This document shows positions 9,039 to 18,154 of a stretch of DNA of 64,000 nucleotides, one piece after another. The DNA comes from Minisyncoccota bacterium (lineage in GTDB: Bacteria; Patescibacteriota; Minisyncoccia; 2-02-FULL-40-12; GWA2-44-9). The stretch is from positions 2,206-66,205 of the forward strand of contig DATKOD010000003.1 of NCBI GenBank assembly GCA_035524755.1, read 5' to 3'. The notes under the pieces are model-generated. The model saw only the letters and a list, made by a program, of their open reading frames with translations. It made no database searches and had not been told where the DNA came from. The stretch's first letter is position 1. Every line of letters begins with the position of its first letter. The translations under genes were made by a program, and so were the position numbers.

Positions 9039-10649
9039 TCAGGAAATTACGGCGCGGATACGCCGGACGCCGGCGGAGACCGATTCTTCCTTGGTGATGG
9101 TGAAACGGCCGATCTCGCCCGTGTGCGTCACGTGCGGACCGCCGCAGAACTCCTTGGAGAACGCGTTGAGCATGTCCGGACCGACGTAGTATACGTTCAC
9201 CGGGTCAGGGTATTTCTCCTTGAAGAAGAACAGGGCGCCGGTCCCTTCGGCTTCCTGTTTCGGCAGCGTGACCATGTTCACCGCGAGGTCGCGCTTGATG
9301 GCATCGTTGACGATCTCCTCCACCGCGGCTTTCTCTTCATCGGTGAGTTTACGTGGGAACGTGAAATCGAACCGTGTGCGCTCCGGAGTGATGTCCGAGC
9401 CCGCCTGATGCACCTCGGTGCCGAGGACCTCGCGCAGCGCCGCATGCAATAAGTGCGTCGCCGTGTGCAGGCGCGTGACCTTCTGCAGTTCCTCCGGATT
9501 CCCGGCTTTCAACTCTCCGGTGTCCAACAAGAGCCCGTGCCCGCCGAACTTCTTCTCCGCACCCGCACGTGACTTCGCCTGATGTTCTTTGAACTTCTCA
9601 TCGAATGCCCCGCGCGTCAGTGACCCGGCCCTGGCACCCGCGATGTCCTTGATGACTTCGTACGGCAGCCCGTAGCTCTCATAGAGCCTGAATGCCACTG
9701 CGGCATCTACTTCGGCGACGCGGCCGAGTTCCTTGATTCCCGTCCCGAGCGTCTTCAGGAATTTCTGTTTTTCTTGTTCGTACACCGGGCCAAGGTCGAC
9801 ATCCGAGCGTCCCGCCATGTATTCGAGTGTGACGATCCGGCGGATGAGCCGCCTGAGCACGTACCCGCGGTCTTTATTCGACGGTTCGAGCCCTTCGGCG
9901 ATCAATGCGACGATCGCGCGGGAATGATCCGCAATGATACGTCCGGCCCGGTCGGTCGGGTGATTCGGGAACAGGTCAGTCTCATAGATATTCGCCTTGC
10001 CCTGCACGACCATGGCGAGACGTTCCAGACCCATGCCGGTATCTATGCCGGGCGTCTCCAGCAGCCGCAATTCTTTCTCCTTCGTCTGGAAGTACTGATT
10101 GAACACGATGTTCCAGATCTCGATGCCGTTCACATACACTTCGGTCGTCGGACCGCAGGGGCCTTCATCCCCTGTCGGACCCCAGAAGTTATCGGCACGC
10201 CCGGCTTTCCGGACTTCGATGGATGGGTCGAGCGCCTTCCAGATGCGTTCAGAGTCATCGTCGGCGGGAACAGTGTCTTCGCCGCCGAATACTGATACGT
10301 AGTCGATGGTCAAACCCATCTCCCTCGTGATGAAGTCGTACGCCAGCCTGATGGCCTCGTCCTTGAAATAACCGCCGAAGGAGAAATTACCGAGCATTTC
10401 GAAGAACGTCAGGTGGCTTTCGTCGCCGACTTCATCGATGTCGGACGTCCGGACGCACTTCTGGATGGAAGCGACGTTCTTCGCGGGCGCCATCGCAGGG
10501 TTCGTGTAGTACGGCTTGAACTGCTGCATCCCGGCCGTCGTGAACAACACCGACGGGTCGTCGGGCAACAGTGAAGACGAAGCGACCCATGTGTGGCCGT
10601 GGGATTCCATGAAATTCCTGAACTTCTCGCGTATCTCCTGGTGCGTCAT
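9039..10649 (-). CDS. alaS: alanine--tRNA ligase, compact form (~536 aa, start at internal ATG)
   Basis: Catalytic-domain motifs are present (FTTAGMQQFKP, FFEMLGNFSFGGYFK), as are the editing-site motifs HTATHLLH and CGGPH. The C-terminal C-Ala domain is absent. Start chosen at MTHQEIREKF (M16 of the track ORF). Confidence 0.85.
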   Translation of the reverse strand: MTHQEIREKFRNFMESHGHTWVASSSLLPDDPSVLFTTAGMQQFKPYYTNPAMAPAKNVASIQKCVRTSDIDEVGDESHLTFFEMLGNFSFGGYFKDEAIRLAYDFITREMGLTIDYVSVFGGEDTVPADDDSERIWKALDPSIEVRKAGRADNFWGPTGDEGPCGPTTEVYVNGIEIWNIVFNQYFQTKEKELRLLETPGIDTGMGLERLAMVVQGKANIYETDLFPNHPTDRAGRIIADHSRAIVALIAEGLEPSNKDRGYVLRRLIRRIVTLEYMAGRSDVDLGPVYEQEKQKFLKTLGTGIKELGRVAEVDAAVAFRLYESYGLPYEVIKDIAGARAGSLTRGAFDEKFKEHQAKSRAGAEKKFGGHGLLLDTGELKAGNPEELQKVTRLHTATHLLHAALREVLGTEVHQAGSDITPERTRFDFTFPRKLTDEEKAAVEEIVNDAIKRDLAVNMVTLPKQEAEGTGALFFFKEKYPDPVNVYYVGPDMLNAFSKEFCGGPHVTHTGEIGRFTITKEESVSAGVRRIRAVIS

Positions 10650-10685
10650 GGCCACAAAATAGCACATTTCCCATACGACTGAGAA

Positions 10686-10714
10686 TTGACGCAAAATTAT
10701 TCTCGTGTTATATT
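10686..10714 (+). promoter_or_regulatory. sigma70-like promoter (TTGACG-17-TATATT) for the DksA/TraR-like gene
   Basis: Hexamers with a 17-nt spacer, then GGAGG and GTG at 10731. Confidence 0.45.
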
Positions 10715-10730
10715 GTTATCGGAGGTGTCT

Positions 10731-11084
10731 GTGGCCCTGACGTATGCGGACGAGACGGATCTTCGTTCCCGCCTCAGAGCGATGCTGGACGCAGCCGAAC
10801 GGAAGCGCAGGGAACGCCTCGCGATCATCGTGGAATCCACGAGCGAGCGCCGCGACGTCGGCGACGTGTTCGAAGGGGTCCAGCGGGAAACCGACCTGAC
10901 GGTGAGCGCGGCGACTGCGGACGAAGCGAGCGTCACCATCCGCCGCGTCATGCAGGCGCTGGCACGCATGGGCGCCGGCACGTACGGCGTGTGCGTCGAC
11001 TGCGGCAATGACATCGCGGTAAGCCGGCTCTTCGCCTTGCCGTTCGCCAGCCGTTGTATCGCCTGCCAGGAAGCGTTGGAGTAG
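10731..11084 (+). CDS. DksA/TraR-family C4-type zinc-finger protein
   Basis: C-terminal CVDCGNDI...RCIACQ four-Cys finger after a coiled-coil-like region. GTG start after GGAGG; the track ORF starts earlier at 10686. Confidence 0.6.
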   Translation: MALTYADETDLRSRLRAMLDAAERKRRERLAIIVESTSERRDVGDVFEGVQRETDLTVSAATADEASVTIRRVMQALARMGAGTYGVCVDCGNDIAVSRLFALPFASRCIACQEALE

Positions 11085-11090
11085 CGGTCC

Positions 11091-11118
11091 GCCCCGTCAC
11101 ATCGACGGGGCTTTCTAT
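11091..11118. terminator. intrinsic terminator (GCCCCGTC-acat-GACGGGGC-TTTCTAT)
   Basis: 8-bp GC stem plus a T-rich tract 7 nt after the DksA-like stop. Confidence 0.55.
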
Positions 11119-11221
11119 ACGATATGCACCCAAAGCCAGTGGAGAGCGAATGCCCACACGCCGGCCGTCACCGCGAACGCGGAGACCCAAAAAGCGACGA
11201 ATTTCTTCTCGTCATCGGACA

Positions 11222-11815
11222 TCATTTCTGTTTGGCTACGGCCGTCACGAGTTCCCGGACAAGGCCGACGAGACCTTTGACATCGGCTGACTCACCGCCG
11301 ACCTGTACGAGCGACAAGAATGCGGTCAGCGCCCTGGACGGATCCGACTGCTGCGCATCCATCGCCGGAGCAAGTTTATTGACGAACAACTCTTCCTCCG
11401 TCGGATTTTCCGCATCGAACTCGAATGCGATGAAATACCGGATATTCCCCGTCGCATCCAGGATCGGCGCGATATAGATGTACTGCCAGTATTTCTTTCC
11501 GAGCTTGTTGCGGTTGACCAGTTTGTTGACGAATACGCGTTTCTCCGTCTTGATGGTGTGCCACATCCATTCATAGAACTCCTTAGGCATTTGACCGCCC
11601 CACAACGCCGCCGGGTTGCGGCCAAGGGCTTCCTCGCGCGAAAAACCCGTCCGTTCCAGGATGGCACGGTTCGTCCAGATGATGTTCGCGTCGGGGTCCG
11701 TGATGATGGCCGGATTCTTCAGGTCATCGAACCGTTGCGCCAACGCAAGGATGCGCGGCTGCGCTTCGAGGAAGAACTCGGGACCGGGCGTCGTGCGAGT
11801 CGTCATAGGTTCCAC
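11222..11815 (-). CDS. PAS-domain sensor protein (no output domain)
   Basis: 197 aa with a PAS-like core: IITDPDANIIWTNRAILERTGFSREEALGRNPAALWGG... Confidence 0.65.
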   Translation of the reverse strand: MEPMTTRTTPGPEFFLEAQPRILALAQRFDDLKNPAIITDPDANIIWTNRAILERTGFSREEALGRNPAALWGGQMPKEFYEWMWHTIKTEKRVFVNKLVNRNKLGKKYWQYIYIAPILDATGNIRYFIAFEFDAENPTEEELFVNKLAPAMDAQQSDPSRALTAFLSLVQVGGESADVKGLVGLVRELVTAVAKQK

Positions 11816-11831
11816 TCACTGTACCATATCG

Positions 11832-11906
11832 TGGGGGATCTAGAGGGTTTCGATCCCTCGACCGCGCCTCCACAGGGCGCTGTGATACCATTTCACCATA
11901 GATCCC
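11832..11906 (-). tRNA. tRNA-His (anticodon GTG) with encoded G-1 and 3' CCA
   Basis: Hand-folded cloverleaf: G-1 plus acceptor GGATCTA/TAGATCC, D-stem GTGA/TCAC, anticodon stem GCGCC/GGCGC with loop CTGTGGA, T-arm GAGGG-ATCGAAA-CCCTC, discriminator C, CCA. Confidence 0.8.
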
Positions 11907-11939
11907 ATCCGTGCACCGACAGGGCGCATTATACCGAAA

Positions 11940-13034
11940 TCAGACCTCATTGTCCACGCCGACCGCGTCGGCGACCGATGCGAATCCGTCCTTCCGGAGC
12001 AGCGCGGCGAGCCCCCTATTGATCTGACCGACCAGCTGGGGTCCGCGGAAGATCATGCCGGTGATGAGCTGCACCAACGACGCGCCGAGCCGGATCTTCC
12101 GGTATGCGTCCTCGGCGGTGAAGATGCCGCCGACGCCGATGATGGGGTAGTTCCCGTGCGTCCGCGCATACAGGTACCGCACCTGCTCGTCGGCCAGATG
12201 CTGGACGGCGCGGCCGGAAATGCCGCCGACATCGGGCACGATGGGGTCGTGGATACGATGGTTCGTCCTGTTCTTCGTCAGGTTACTGCAGACGAATCCC
12301 GTCACCCGATGACGGGAGCAGATGTCGATGAGCGCGTCCATCTGCTCGTGTTTCAGGTCGACCGCAAGCTTCAAGAACACGGGCTTGTCGGCATGCTCAT
12401 CGACACGGCCCAGGAGGCGGTCCAGGAGCAGCGGGTCGGTGAACGGTTCTCCGCCGAACGCGTTCGGACAACTGATGTTCACGGTAAGGTAATCCCCGAT
12501 GCCGCGGAACGCGTCGATGACATGCACATAGTCGGTGATGGCCGCCTCGGGTTCGGCGGTGGCGGGACTGTTCGTCTTCGCCGCACTAATGCCCACCGGG
12601 AAGCGCAGCGGCACGCCGCGCAGCCGTCCGGCGATGACGTCCGCACCGTCGTTCATCAACCCATAGTAGACGACCAGCGATTCGGATTTCTTCAGACGCC
12701 AGAGCCGCGGCCGTGGGTTTCCGGTGCAGGGCATCCCGGTCACGCTGCCCACTTCGGCGAATCCGAATCCGACGTCGGGAAGGACGTTCAGCAGCCGCGC
12801 GTTCTTGTCGAATCCCGCCGCAAGTCCGACCGGGTTCGGGAAGCGGATGCCGGCGACGGTCGTAACAAGCATCGGATCGTCATATGTGAGCACTGCGCGC
12901 GTCAATGCACGGAGCGGTGCGACCGCGCCCAACATCACGCCCAATCGGGTGACGCGGTCGTGTACGGCTTCAGGATCCATCCTGAAAAAGACCGGTTTTA
13001 CGATAATTCGGTACAGCGTTCCTATGATGTCCAT
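11940..13034 (-). CDS. pyrD: dihydroorotate dehydrogenase (quinone), class 2
   Basis: PyrD motifs are present: GLAAGFDKN, VGSVT, CPN, GGISG. Start set at MDIIGTLYR (M77 of the track ORF), immediately after the upstream gene's stop. Confidence 0.85.
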   Translation of the reverse strand: MDIIGTLYRIIVKPVFFRMDPEAVHDRVTRLGVMLGAVAPLRALTRAVLTYDDPMLVTTVAGIRFPNPVGLAAGFDKNARLLNVLPDVGFGFAEVGSVTGMPCTGNPRPRLWRLKKSESLVVYYGLMNDGADVIAGRLRGVPLRFPVGISAAKTNSPATAEPEAAITDYVHVIDAFRGIGDYLTVNISCPNAFGGEPFTDPLLLDRLLGRVDEHADKPVFLKLAVDLKHEQMDALIDICSRHRVTGFVCSNLTKNRTNHRIHDPIVPDVGGISGRAVQHLADEQVRYLYARTHGNYPIIGVGGIFTAEDAYRKIRLGASLVQLITGMIFRGPQLVGQINRGLAALLRKDGFASVADAVGVDNEV

Positions 13035-13864
13035 CGCGAGAAAATACCGGTGGAGAGCAGGCGGCCGCTCACCTGCTTCAGACAGAGTTGGCCCGCTTCG
13101 ATGACACCGGTGCGGTGCTGTATCGCATCTTCGAGCAGATTCCTGATGGCAAGCTCGGAAGTGTTCGTTGCATAGGCGTTGATGATGAGAAAGCGCGCGG
13201 TCGGCGACAGTAACGTGACACAGTCCGCGAGCAGACGGGGCATATGCTCGTTGAATTTCCACACCTTGCCGGTCGGTCCGTGGCCGAACGACGGCGGATC
13301 CATGAGGATGCCTTCATACTGCGCTCCCCGTTTCACTTCTTTCTTCACGAACGCGACCGCATCCTCCAACATCCACCGCACGGATTCAGGTTCCAAGCCG
13401 TTGAGTTCCTGGTTGTCTTTGGCCCAGCCGATGGCGGGACGGGACGCGTCCACATGCGTGACGAACGCGCCGCGCTTGGTCAGCCACATCGTCGCCGCGC
13501 CCGTGTAGGCGAAGAGGTTCAACACGCGCGGCCGCTCGAGTCCTGCCAGCCGGTCCCCCATCAGGGACCAATTCGCGGCCTGCTCAGGGAACACACCCGT
13601 GTGCTTGAAGTTCATCGGACGGACACGGAGCTTCAGGTCATGGAACTTCATGTCCCAATATTCGGGAAGTTCGCGGCGCATCGTCCACCGGTCATCCTCG
13701 AAGACGGCATCCGCCTTCTCCCATGCATCCGGTGTCGTTCTCTGCCAGATCGTCTGCGGGTCCGGCCGCGCGAGCGTGTAGGTGCCCCACCTTTCCAGCC
13801 GATAGCCGTCACCGGAGTCCAGCAGCGTGAAGTCGTCGAACCCTTCGTTTCCGATGAGATACAT
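13022..13864 (-). CDS. class I SAM-dependent methyltransferase, RlmI/YccW-like (no PUA domain)
   Basis: 280 aa with an MTase fold: NLFAYTGAATMW...HVDASRPAIGWA...ILMDPPSFGHG. Confidence 0.7.
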   Translation of the reverse strand: MYLIGNEGFDDFTLLDSGDGYRLERWGTYTLARPDPQTIWQRTTPDAWEKADAVFEDDRWTMRRELPEYWDMKFHDLKLRVRPMNFKHTGVFPEQAANWSLMGDRLAGLERPRVLNLFAYTGAATMWLTKRGAFVTHVDASRPAIGWAKDNQELNGLEPESVRWMLEDAVAFVKKEVKRGAQYEGILMDPPSFGHGPTGKVWKFNEHMPRLLADCVTLLSPTARFLIINAYATNTSELAIRNLLEDAIQHRTGVIEAGQLCLKQVSGRLLSTGIFSRWTS

Positions 13865-13868
13865 GGCG

Positions 13869-15824
13869 TTATTGTATACCCAATTCTACGAAGAATGCCC
13901 GCTGTGAAGGATCGCGACCGAGGAAATCGTGCACCAATGCTTTTTCGGGCTTGGATGCGCCTGGTGCGAGGACCGTATCCCGGTAGCGTCTGCCGATCGT
14001 CGAATCCAGGGGGTTCGAGAAGAATTTTGTGAACAGGTCCGCGGCATATACCTTGCTCCAGAGGTACCCGTAATATCCGGCATCATAATCCGCTAAATGG
14101 GACCACCCGGCGGCGAAGATCGAGTCATCGGGCAGATCGATGTGCTCATGGACGAGTCGCATATCACGGTACATTTGCGCGAGATGGGATGCCTCGACGG
14201 GCGTATCCGTCGGCCGATCGTGCATATCCAAATCATAGAGTGACCGAACCGCCTGTGCGAGGTAGTAGCTCGGCTGGCGGAACTTCCGTGTTGCGGACAA
14301 TTTCTCGAACAGGTCATGCGGCAACTGCTTGCCCGTCTGGAAATGTCCTGAGAGCCGGGCGAGCGATCGCTCATCCCACGCCCAATATTCGAATATCTGC
14401 GAGAGCGCCTCCACGAAATCCAACGGGACACCGAACCCGTTCTGCCGCCGCCACGGACCGCCGGACACGATCGCATGCATGCAGTGACCGAATTCGTGCA
14501 GGAGTGTCTCGACTTCATCATGGCTCAGGAGGCCAGGATTTGATCGGGTCGGATACGGGAAGTTACAGACCAACGCGACGACCGGCCGGCGGTCCAAGGT
14601 CACCGGAAATGCGGCTGCGTGTCCGTACTTCCCTGCGCGCGGATGGAGATCGAGGAAGAAGTGTCCGAGTTCGGCTCCACTGGCCGCATCGGTGACGCGG
14701 TATGCTGTGACATCAGGATGCCATACCGGAACGTCGGCGGGCGCGAATGTGAGGCCCAGGAGCTCTTGGTACATCGCCAGCATCCCCTCAATGACCCGTG
14801 CGAGAGGAAAATATTCCTTCAACGCCTCAGAATCGAGTCCGAAGAAATCCTTCTTCATCCGGTGGGTCCAGTACGCGATCTCATGATGTCCGACCGGTGC
14901 GGGTTTCTCCGCATTCGATGAATGGAATTTGTACGCGACCATCGCGGCCAGCTCGCGATGCGCGACCGGTTCGAGTGCGGTCATGATGTGTCCGAGGAAT
15001 TCCCGCACGGTACGGGCGTTGCCGGACATCCGCACTTCCTCGGCGAAGTCCGCATGGGTCCGGTAACCGAGCATGCCGGCGATGGTCTGACGCAACCGGA
15101 GCATGTTCACCAGACGCTCCAGATTCTCCTCGCCGCCCTTCCGGAGGTTCTTCGCTGCAAGTTCCTTACGCGCCTCGTCGTCTTCCGCGAGCTCCATGAA
15201 CGGGAACAGCTCCGGATACTGCAGTGAAACGATGTAGAGGCCTGCGGGAGTGCGCCGAAGGCCCTCGATGTACCGCTCGGGAAGGCCGCCGAGCCGTTCC
15301 CGCGGCAGTTCGATGTGATCGTCCCAATCGTTGATCGACTTCTCGAACTCGTTCTCCAGCCGCTTGAGCTCGCTGGTGCGCGCCTTGAGGTCGGCGAATG
15401 AAGCGTCATCCAGTCCGAATCCCATCCGACGCATATCGCGGAGCATGTCGTCGGCGAGTTTCAGATCGGGTCCCGACATTCGTTCATGTTCACCGGTTTT
15501 CAGCCACTCTTGCATCGCGTTCCACAGGTCACGGTCATATTCCATACCGACGAGTTCGGCATTAAGATGATCAACGGTGCTCTGCGCGATATCGCGGATA
15601 TGCCCGTCAGTGTGTACGTTCACGATGACGTCCAGGATCTGAAGGAGATCGGAAACGTCATCGGATGACCGCTCCAGCGCCGCGACGGTGTTCTCGAACG
15701 TCCGCTGGCCCGCAGCGACAGCCTTCACCGCCTCAAGTGCGATGCGTTTGGCGGAAAGAGCCGCTTCTGCAGCGGTTCTGATGTCCTTCTCTTCCCAGGT
15801 GACCCAAGAGAAATCCGATGCCAT
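13869..15824 (-). CDS. M3-family zinc metallopeptidase (oligopeptidase)
   Basis: 651 aa with the HEFGHCMH zinc motif and M3-like length. Confidence 0.85.
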   Translation of the reverse strand: MASDFSWVTWEEKDIRTAAEAALSAKRIALEAVKAVAAGQRTFENTVAALERSSDDVSDLLQILDVIVNVHTDGHIRDIAQSTVDHLNAELVGMEYDRDLWNAMQEWLKTGEHERMSGPDLKLADDMLRDMRRMGFGLDDASFADLKARTSELKRLENEFEKSINDWDDHIELPRERLGGLPERYIEGLRRTPAGLYIVSLQYPELFPFMELAEDDEARKELAAKNLRKGGEENLERLVNMLRLRQTIAGMLGYRTHADFAEEVRMSGNARTVREFLGHIMTALEPVAHRELAAMVAYKFHSSNAEKPAPVGHHEIAYWTHRMKKDFFGLDSEALKEYFPLARVIEGMLAMYQELLGLTFAPADVPVWHPDVTAYRVTDAASGAELGHFFLDLHPRAGKYGHAAAFPVTLDRRPVVALVCNFPYPTRSNPGLLSHDEVETLLHEFGHCMHAIVSGGPWRRQNGFGVPLDFVEALSQIFEYWAWDERSLARLSGHFQTGKQLPHDLFEKLSATRKFRQPSYYLAQAVRSLYDLDMHDRPTDTPVEASHLAQMYRDMRLVHEHIDLPDDSIFAAGWSHLADYDAGYYGYLWSKVYAADLFTKFFSNPLDSTIGRRYRDTVLAPGASKPEKALVHDFLGRDPSQRAFFVELGIQ

Positions 15825-15876
15825 CGCACTATGCTAACATTTTGCCCAGACGTTGAAAATATGCTAAAATATGGCC

Positions 15877-15948
15877 GCCCCTGTAGTTCAATGGATAGAA
15901 CTCCAGACTTCTAAGCTGGGTATCGAGGTCCGATTCCTCGCGGGGGCA
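15877..15948 (+). tRNA. tRNA-Arg (anticodon TCT)
   Basis: Hand fold: acceptor GCCCCTG/CGGGGGC (one G-U pair), D-stem GTTC/GAAC, anticodon loop CTTCTAA, T-arm CGAGG-TCCGATT-CCTCG, discriminator A. CCA is not encoded. Confidence 0.75.
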
Positions 15949-15965
15949 CCGATTGAGAATTCAGG

Positions 15966-16036
15966 CGGGCCGTCGTATACCGGTAGTACACGTGCTTTGG
16001 GTGCACGGTGACTGGGTTCGATTCCCAGCGGCCCGA
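15966..16036 (+). tRNA. tRNA-Pro (anticodon TGG)
   Basis: Hand fold: C1-G72 acceptor CGGGCCG/CGGCCCG, anticodon stem CGTGC/GCACG with loop TTTGGGT, T-arm CTGGG-TTCGATT-CCCAG, discriminator A. Confidence 0.75.
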
Positions 16037-16047
16037 CAGTCGAAAAC

Positions 16048-16118
16048 GCGGGATTGGTATAACGGTATTACGTCACCCTTCCAAGGTGAAGACAGGGGTT
16101 CAATTCCCCTATCCCGCT
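16048..16118 (+). tRNA. tRNA-Gly (anticodon TCC)
   Basis: Hand fold: acceptor GCGGGAT/ATCCCGC, anticodon stem TCACC/GGTGA with loop CTTCCAA, T-arm AGGGG-TTCAATT-CCCCT, discriminator T. Confidence 0.8.
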
Positions 16119-16180
16119 CCGACGACAGAAAACCCCGCAATATTGCGGGGTTTTCTGTTTGGCTCTAGAACCAATACGGA

Positions 16181-16465
16181 CTACTTGTTCATCACGGCTT
16201 CCTTCATCACCTTCGAGGGCGTGAAGCGAAGCTTCTTGGATGCCGGGATCTGGATCGTTTCTCCGGTGCGGGGGTTGCGGCCTTCCCGCGCTTTGCGGTC
16301 GGCGACCTTGAAAATCCCCATTCCGGTGATGTTGATCTTCTCGCCCTTCTTGAGCAAGCCGGTCATCATCTCCACGAAAGACTCCAGCCACATGGCGGCG
16401 TCCTTCTTCGATGCGCCGGTCTTATCGGCGAGCATCTGGATCAGCTGAGTTTTCTTTACGGTCAT
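16181..16465 (-). CDS. hup: HU-family DNA-binding protein
   Basis: 94 aa: MTVKKTQLIQMLADKTGASKKDAAMWLESFVEMMTGLLKKGEKINITGMGIFKVADRKAREGRNPRTGETIQIPASKKLRFTPSKVMKEAV. Confidence 0.9.
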   Translation of the reverse strand: MTVKKTQLIQMLADKTGASKKDAAMWLESFVEMMTGLLKKGEKINITGMGIFKVADRKAREGRNPRTGETIQIPASKKLRFTPSKVMKEAVMNK

Positions 16466-16585
16466 TGGTTCATCGCACCCCCTTTCCTATGATATCCGCA
16501 TGAATCCTAGGGTTCATGACGGGCTATGCGCAAGTATCCGCATAATCTGCGGGTTTTGCAATAGGGGTGTGGAAAACTCTAGGAA

Positions 16586-18103
16586 TTACCTAGCGTATTC
16601 GACAGCGCGGGTCTCGCGGATGACGTTGACCCTGATTTCTCCGGGATATTGCATCTCAACCTCGATCTTCTTGGCGATATCGCGCGCAAGCTGCAATGCG
16701 GCCAGGTCATCGATGCGATTGGGTGTCACAAAAACCCTTACTTCACGCCCCGCCTGGAGGGCGTATGACTTCTCGACGCCGTCGAACGAGTTCGCGACCC
16801 GTTCCAGGTCTTCCAGACGCTTCAGGTAGATCTCGACACTGTCTCGGCGGGCACCCGGCCGGGCGCCGGAGATTGCGTCTGCGGCCTGTACGATACGGGA
16901 TTCCAGCGAGGCGTACGGATACTCCTCGTGGTGGGCCTCCATCGCCTTGATGACCTTGTCGTCCATGCCGAATTTGGCCAATATCTTGCGGCCGATCTCC
17001 ACATGGGTCCCCTGGACCTCGTGGTCCACCGCCTTGCCGATGTCATGGAACAGGGCACCCTTCTTGGCGACCATGACGTCCGCACCCAGTTCGGCGGCGA
17101 GCATGCCGGCGACATGCGCCATTTCGACGGAGTGCACAAGCACGTTCTGGCCGAAGCTGGTGCGGAACGCGAGCCGGCCGAGCAGGTAGACCAACTTCGG
17201 GTCCACCATGCCGGCACCGCACTCGATGAGCGCCGCCTCCCCGGCCTGACGGATCTTGTCGTTGATCTCCAGGCGTGCCTTCTCTACCGTTTCCTCGATC
17301 TTGGTCGGGTGGATGCGGCCGTCGGCGATAAGCTTGTCCAGCGCGATTTTGGCGATTTGCCGACGCACAGGGTCGAATCCGGATACCACCATGGTGTTCG
17401 GCGTGTCGTCGATGATGATGTCCACACCGGTGAGCCGCTCCAGTGTTTTGATGTTGCGGCCCTCTTTACCGATGATCTTTCCCTTCAGTTCATCGGATGG
17501 CAGGGTGATGACCGTCGTCGTGGCATCGGCGATATGCGAACCCGCATAGCGCTGGATCGCCAGGGTGAGGATTTCGCGTGCTTTGTTCTCCAATTTTTCC
17601 CGGTTGTCGCCGTCCAGGCGCTGAAGTTGGTGGTACAAGTCCTCGGCATATTCTTCCTGCACCTTCTTCATCATGTGATCCTTGGCGACATCGCGGGACA
17701 GTCCGGAGACACGCTCCAGCTCTGTCAGTTCCTTCTTGCGAACCTCTTCGAGGTCGGTTTTCAGAACCGCGGCCTCTTCCATTTTCTTCCTCAGGGTATC
17801 TTTCTCGTGGACGAGCTCACGGCTCCGCTCCTCGAGATCGGACTCCTTCTTCGTCAGAAGGATTTCGATGCGGTCCTGCTGTTTCCGGCGATCGGCTTCT
17901 TCACGTTTTGCGTCATCGAGGACCTTCAGCGCCTTGTTATTCGCCTCCAAGAGGACCTCCTGGGCTTTAGCCTTCGAATCATTGAGCACTTCCTCCGCCC
18001 GTCGTTCTGCCTGGGCGACTTTACGGCCTGCGAGATACTTGCGAACGAAGAATCCGACGATGAATCCCAACACGACTGCCGGGATGGACAGTGTCAGCGA
18101 CAT
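16586..18103 (-). CDS. rny: ribonuclease Y
   Basis: 505 aa with an N-terminal TM, a coiled-coil, a KH domain (GKIIGKEGRNIK) and an HD domain (LFHDIGKAVDHE). Confidence 0.9.
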   Translation of the reverse strand: MSLTLSIPAVVLGFIVGFFVRKYLAGRKVAQAERRAEEVLNDSKAKAQEVLLEANNKALKVLDDAKREEADRRKQQDRIEILLTKKESDLEERSRELVHEKDTLRKKMEEAAVLKTDLEEVRKKELTELERVSGLSRDVAKDHMMKKVQEEYAEDLYHQLQRLDGDNREKLENKAREILTLAIQRYAGSHIADATTTVITLPSDELKGKIIGKEGRNIKTLERLTGVDIIIDDTPNTMVVSGFDPVRRQIAKIALDKLIADGRIHPTKIEETVEKARLEINDKIRQAGEAALIECGAGMVDPKLVYLLGRLAFRTSFGQNVLVHSVEMAHVAGMLAAELGADVMVAKKGALFHDIGKAVDHEVQGTHVEIGRKILAKFGMDDKVIKAMEAHHEEYPYASLESRIVQAADAISGARPGARRDSVEIYLKRLEDLERVANSFDGVEKSYALQAGREVRVFVTPNRIDDLAALQLARDIAKKIEVEMQYPGEIRVNVIRETRAVEYAR

Positions 18104-18154
18104 GAATAGTTGTAGGCATCAGGATGATGCACATGGTTACGGAAATATGGTGCA

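Noticed and set aside
12156-13175. 339-aa plus ORF
   Set aside because: Antisense to pyrD, which carries clear DHODH motifs on the minus strand.
16928-18109. 393-aa plus ORF
   Set aside because: Antisense to rny (RNase Y, with KH and HD domains on the minus strand).
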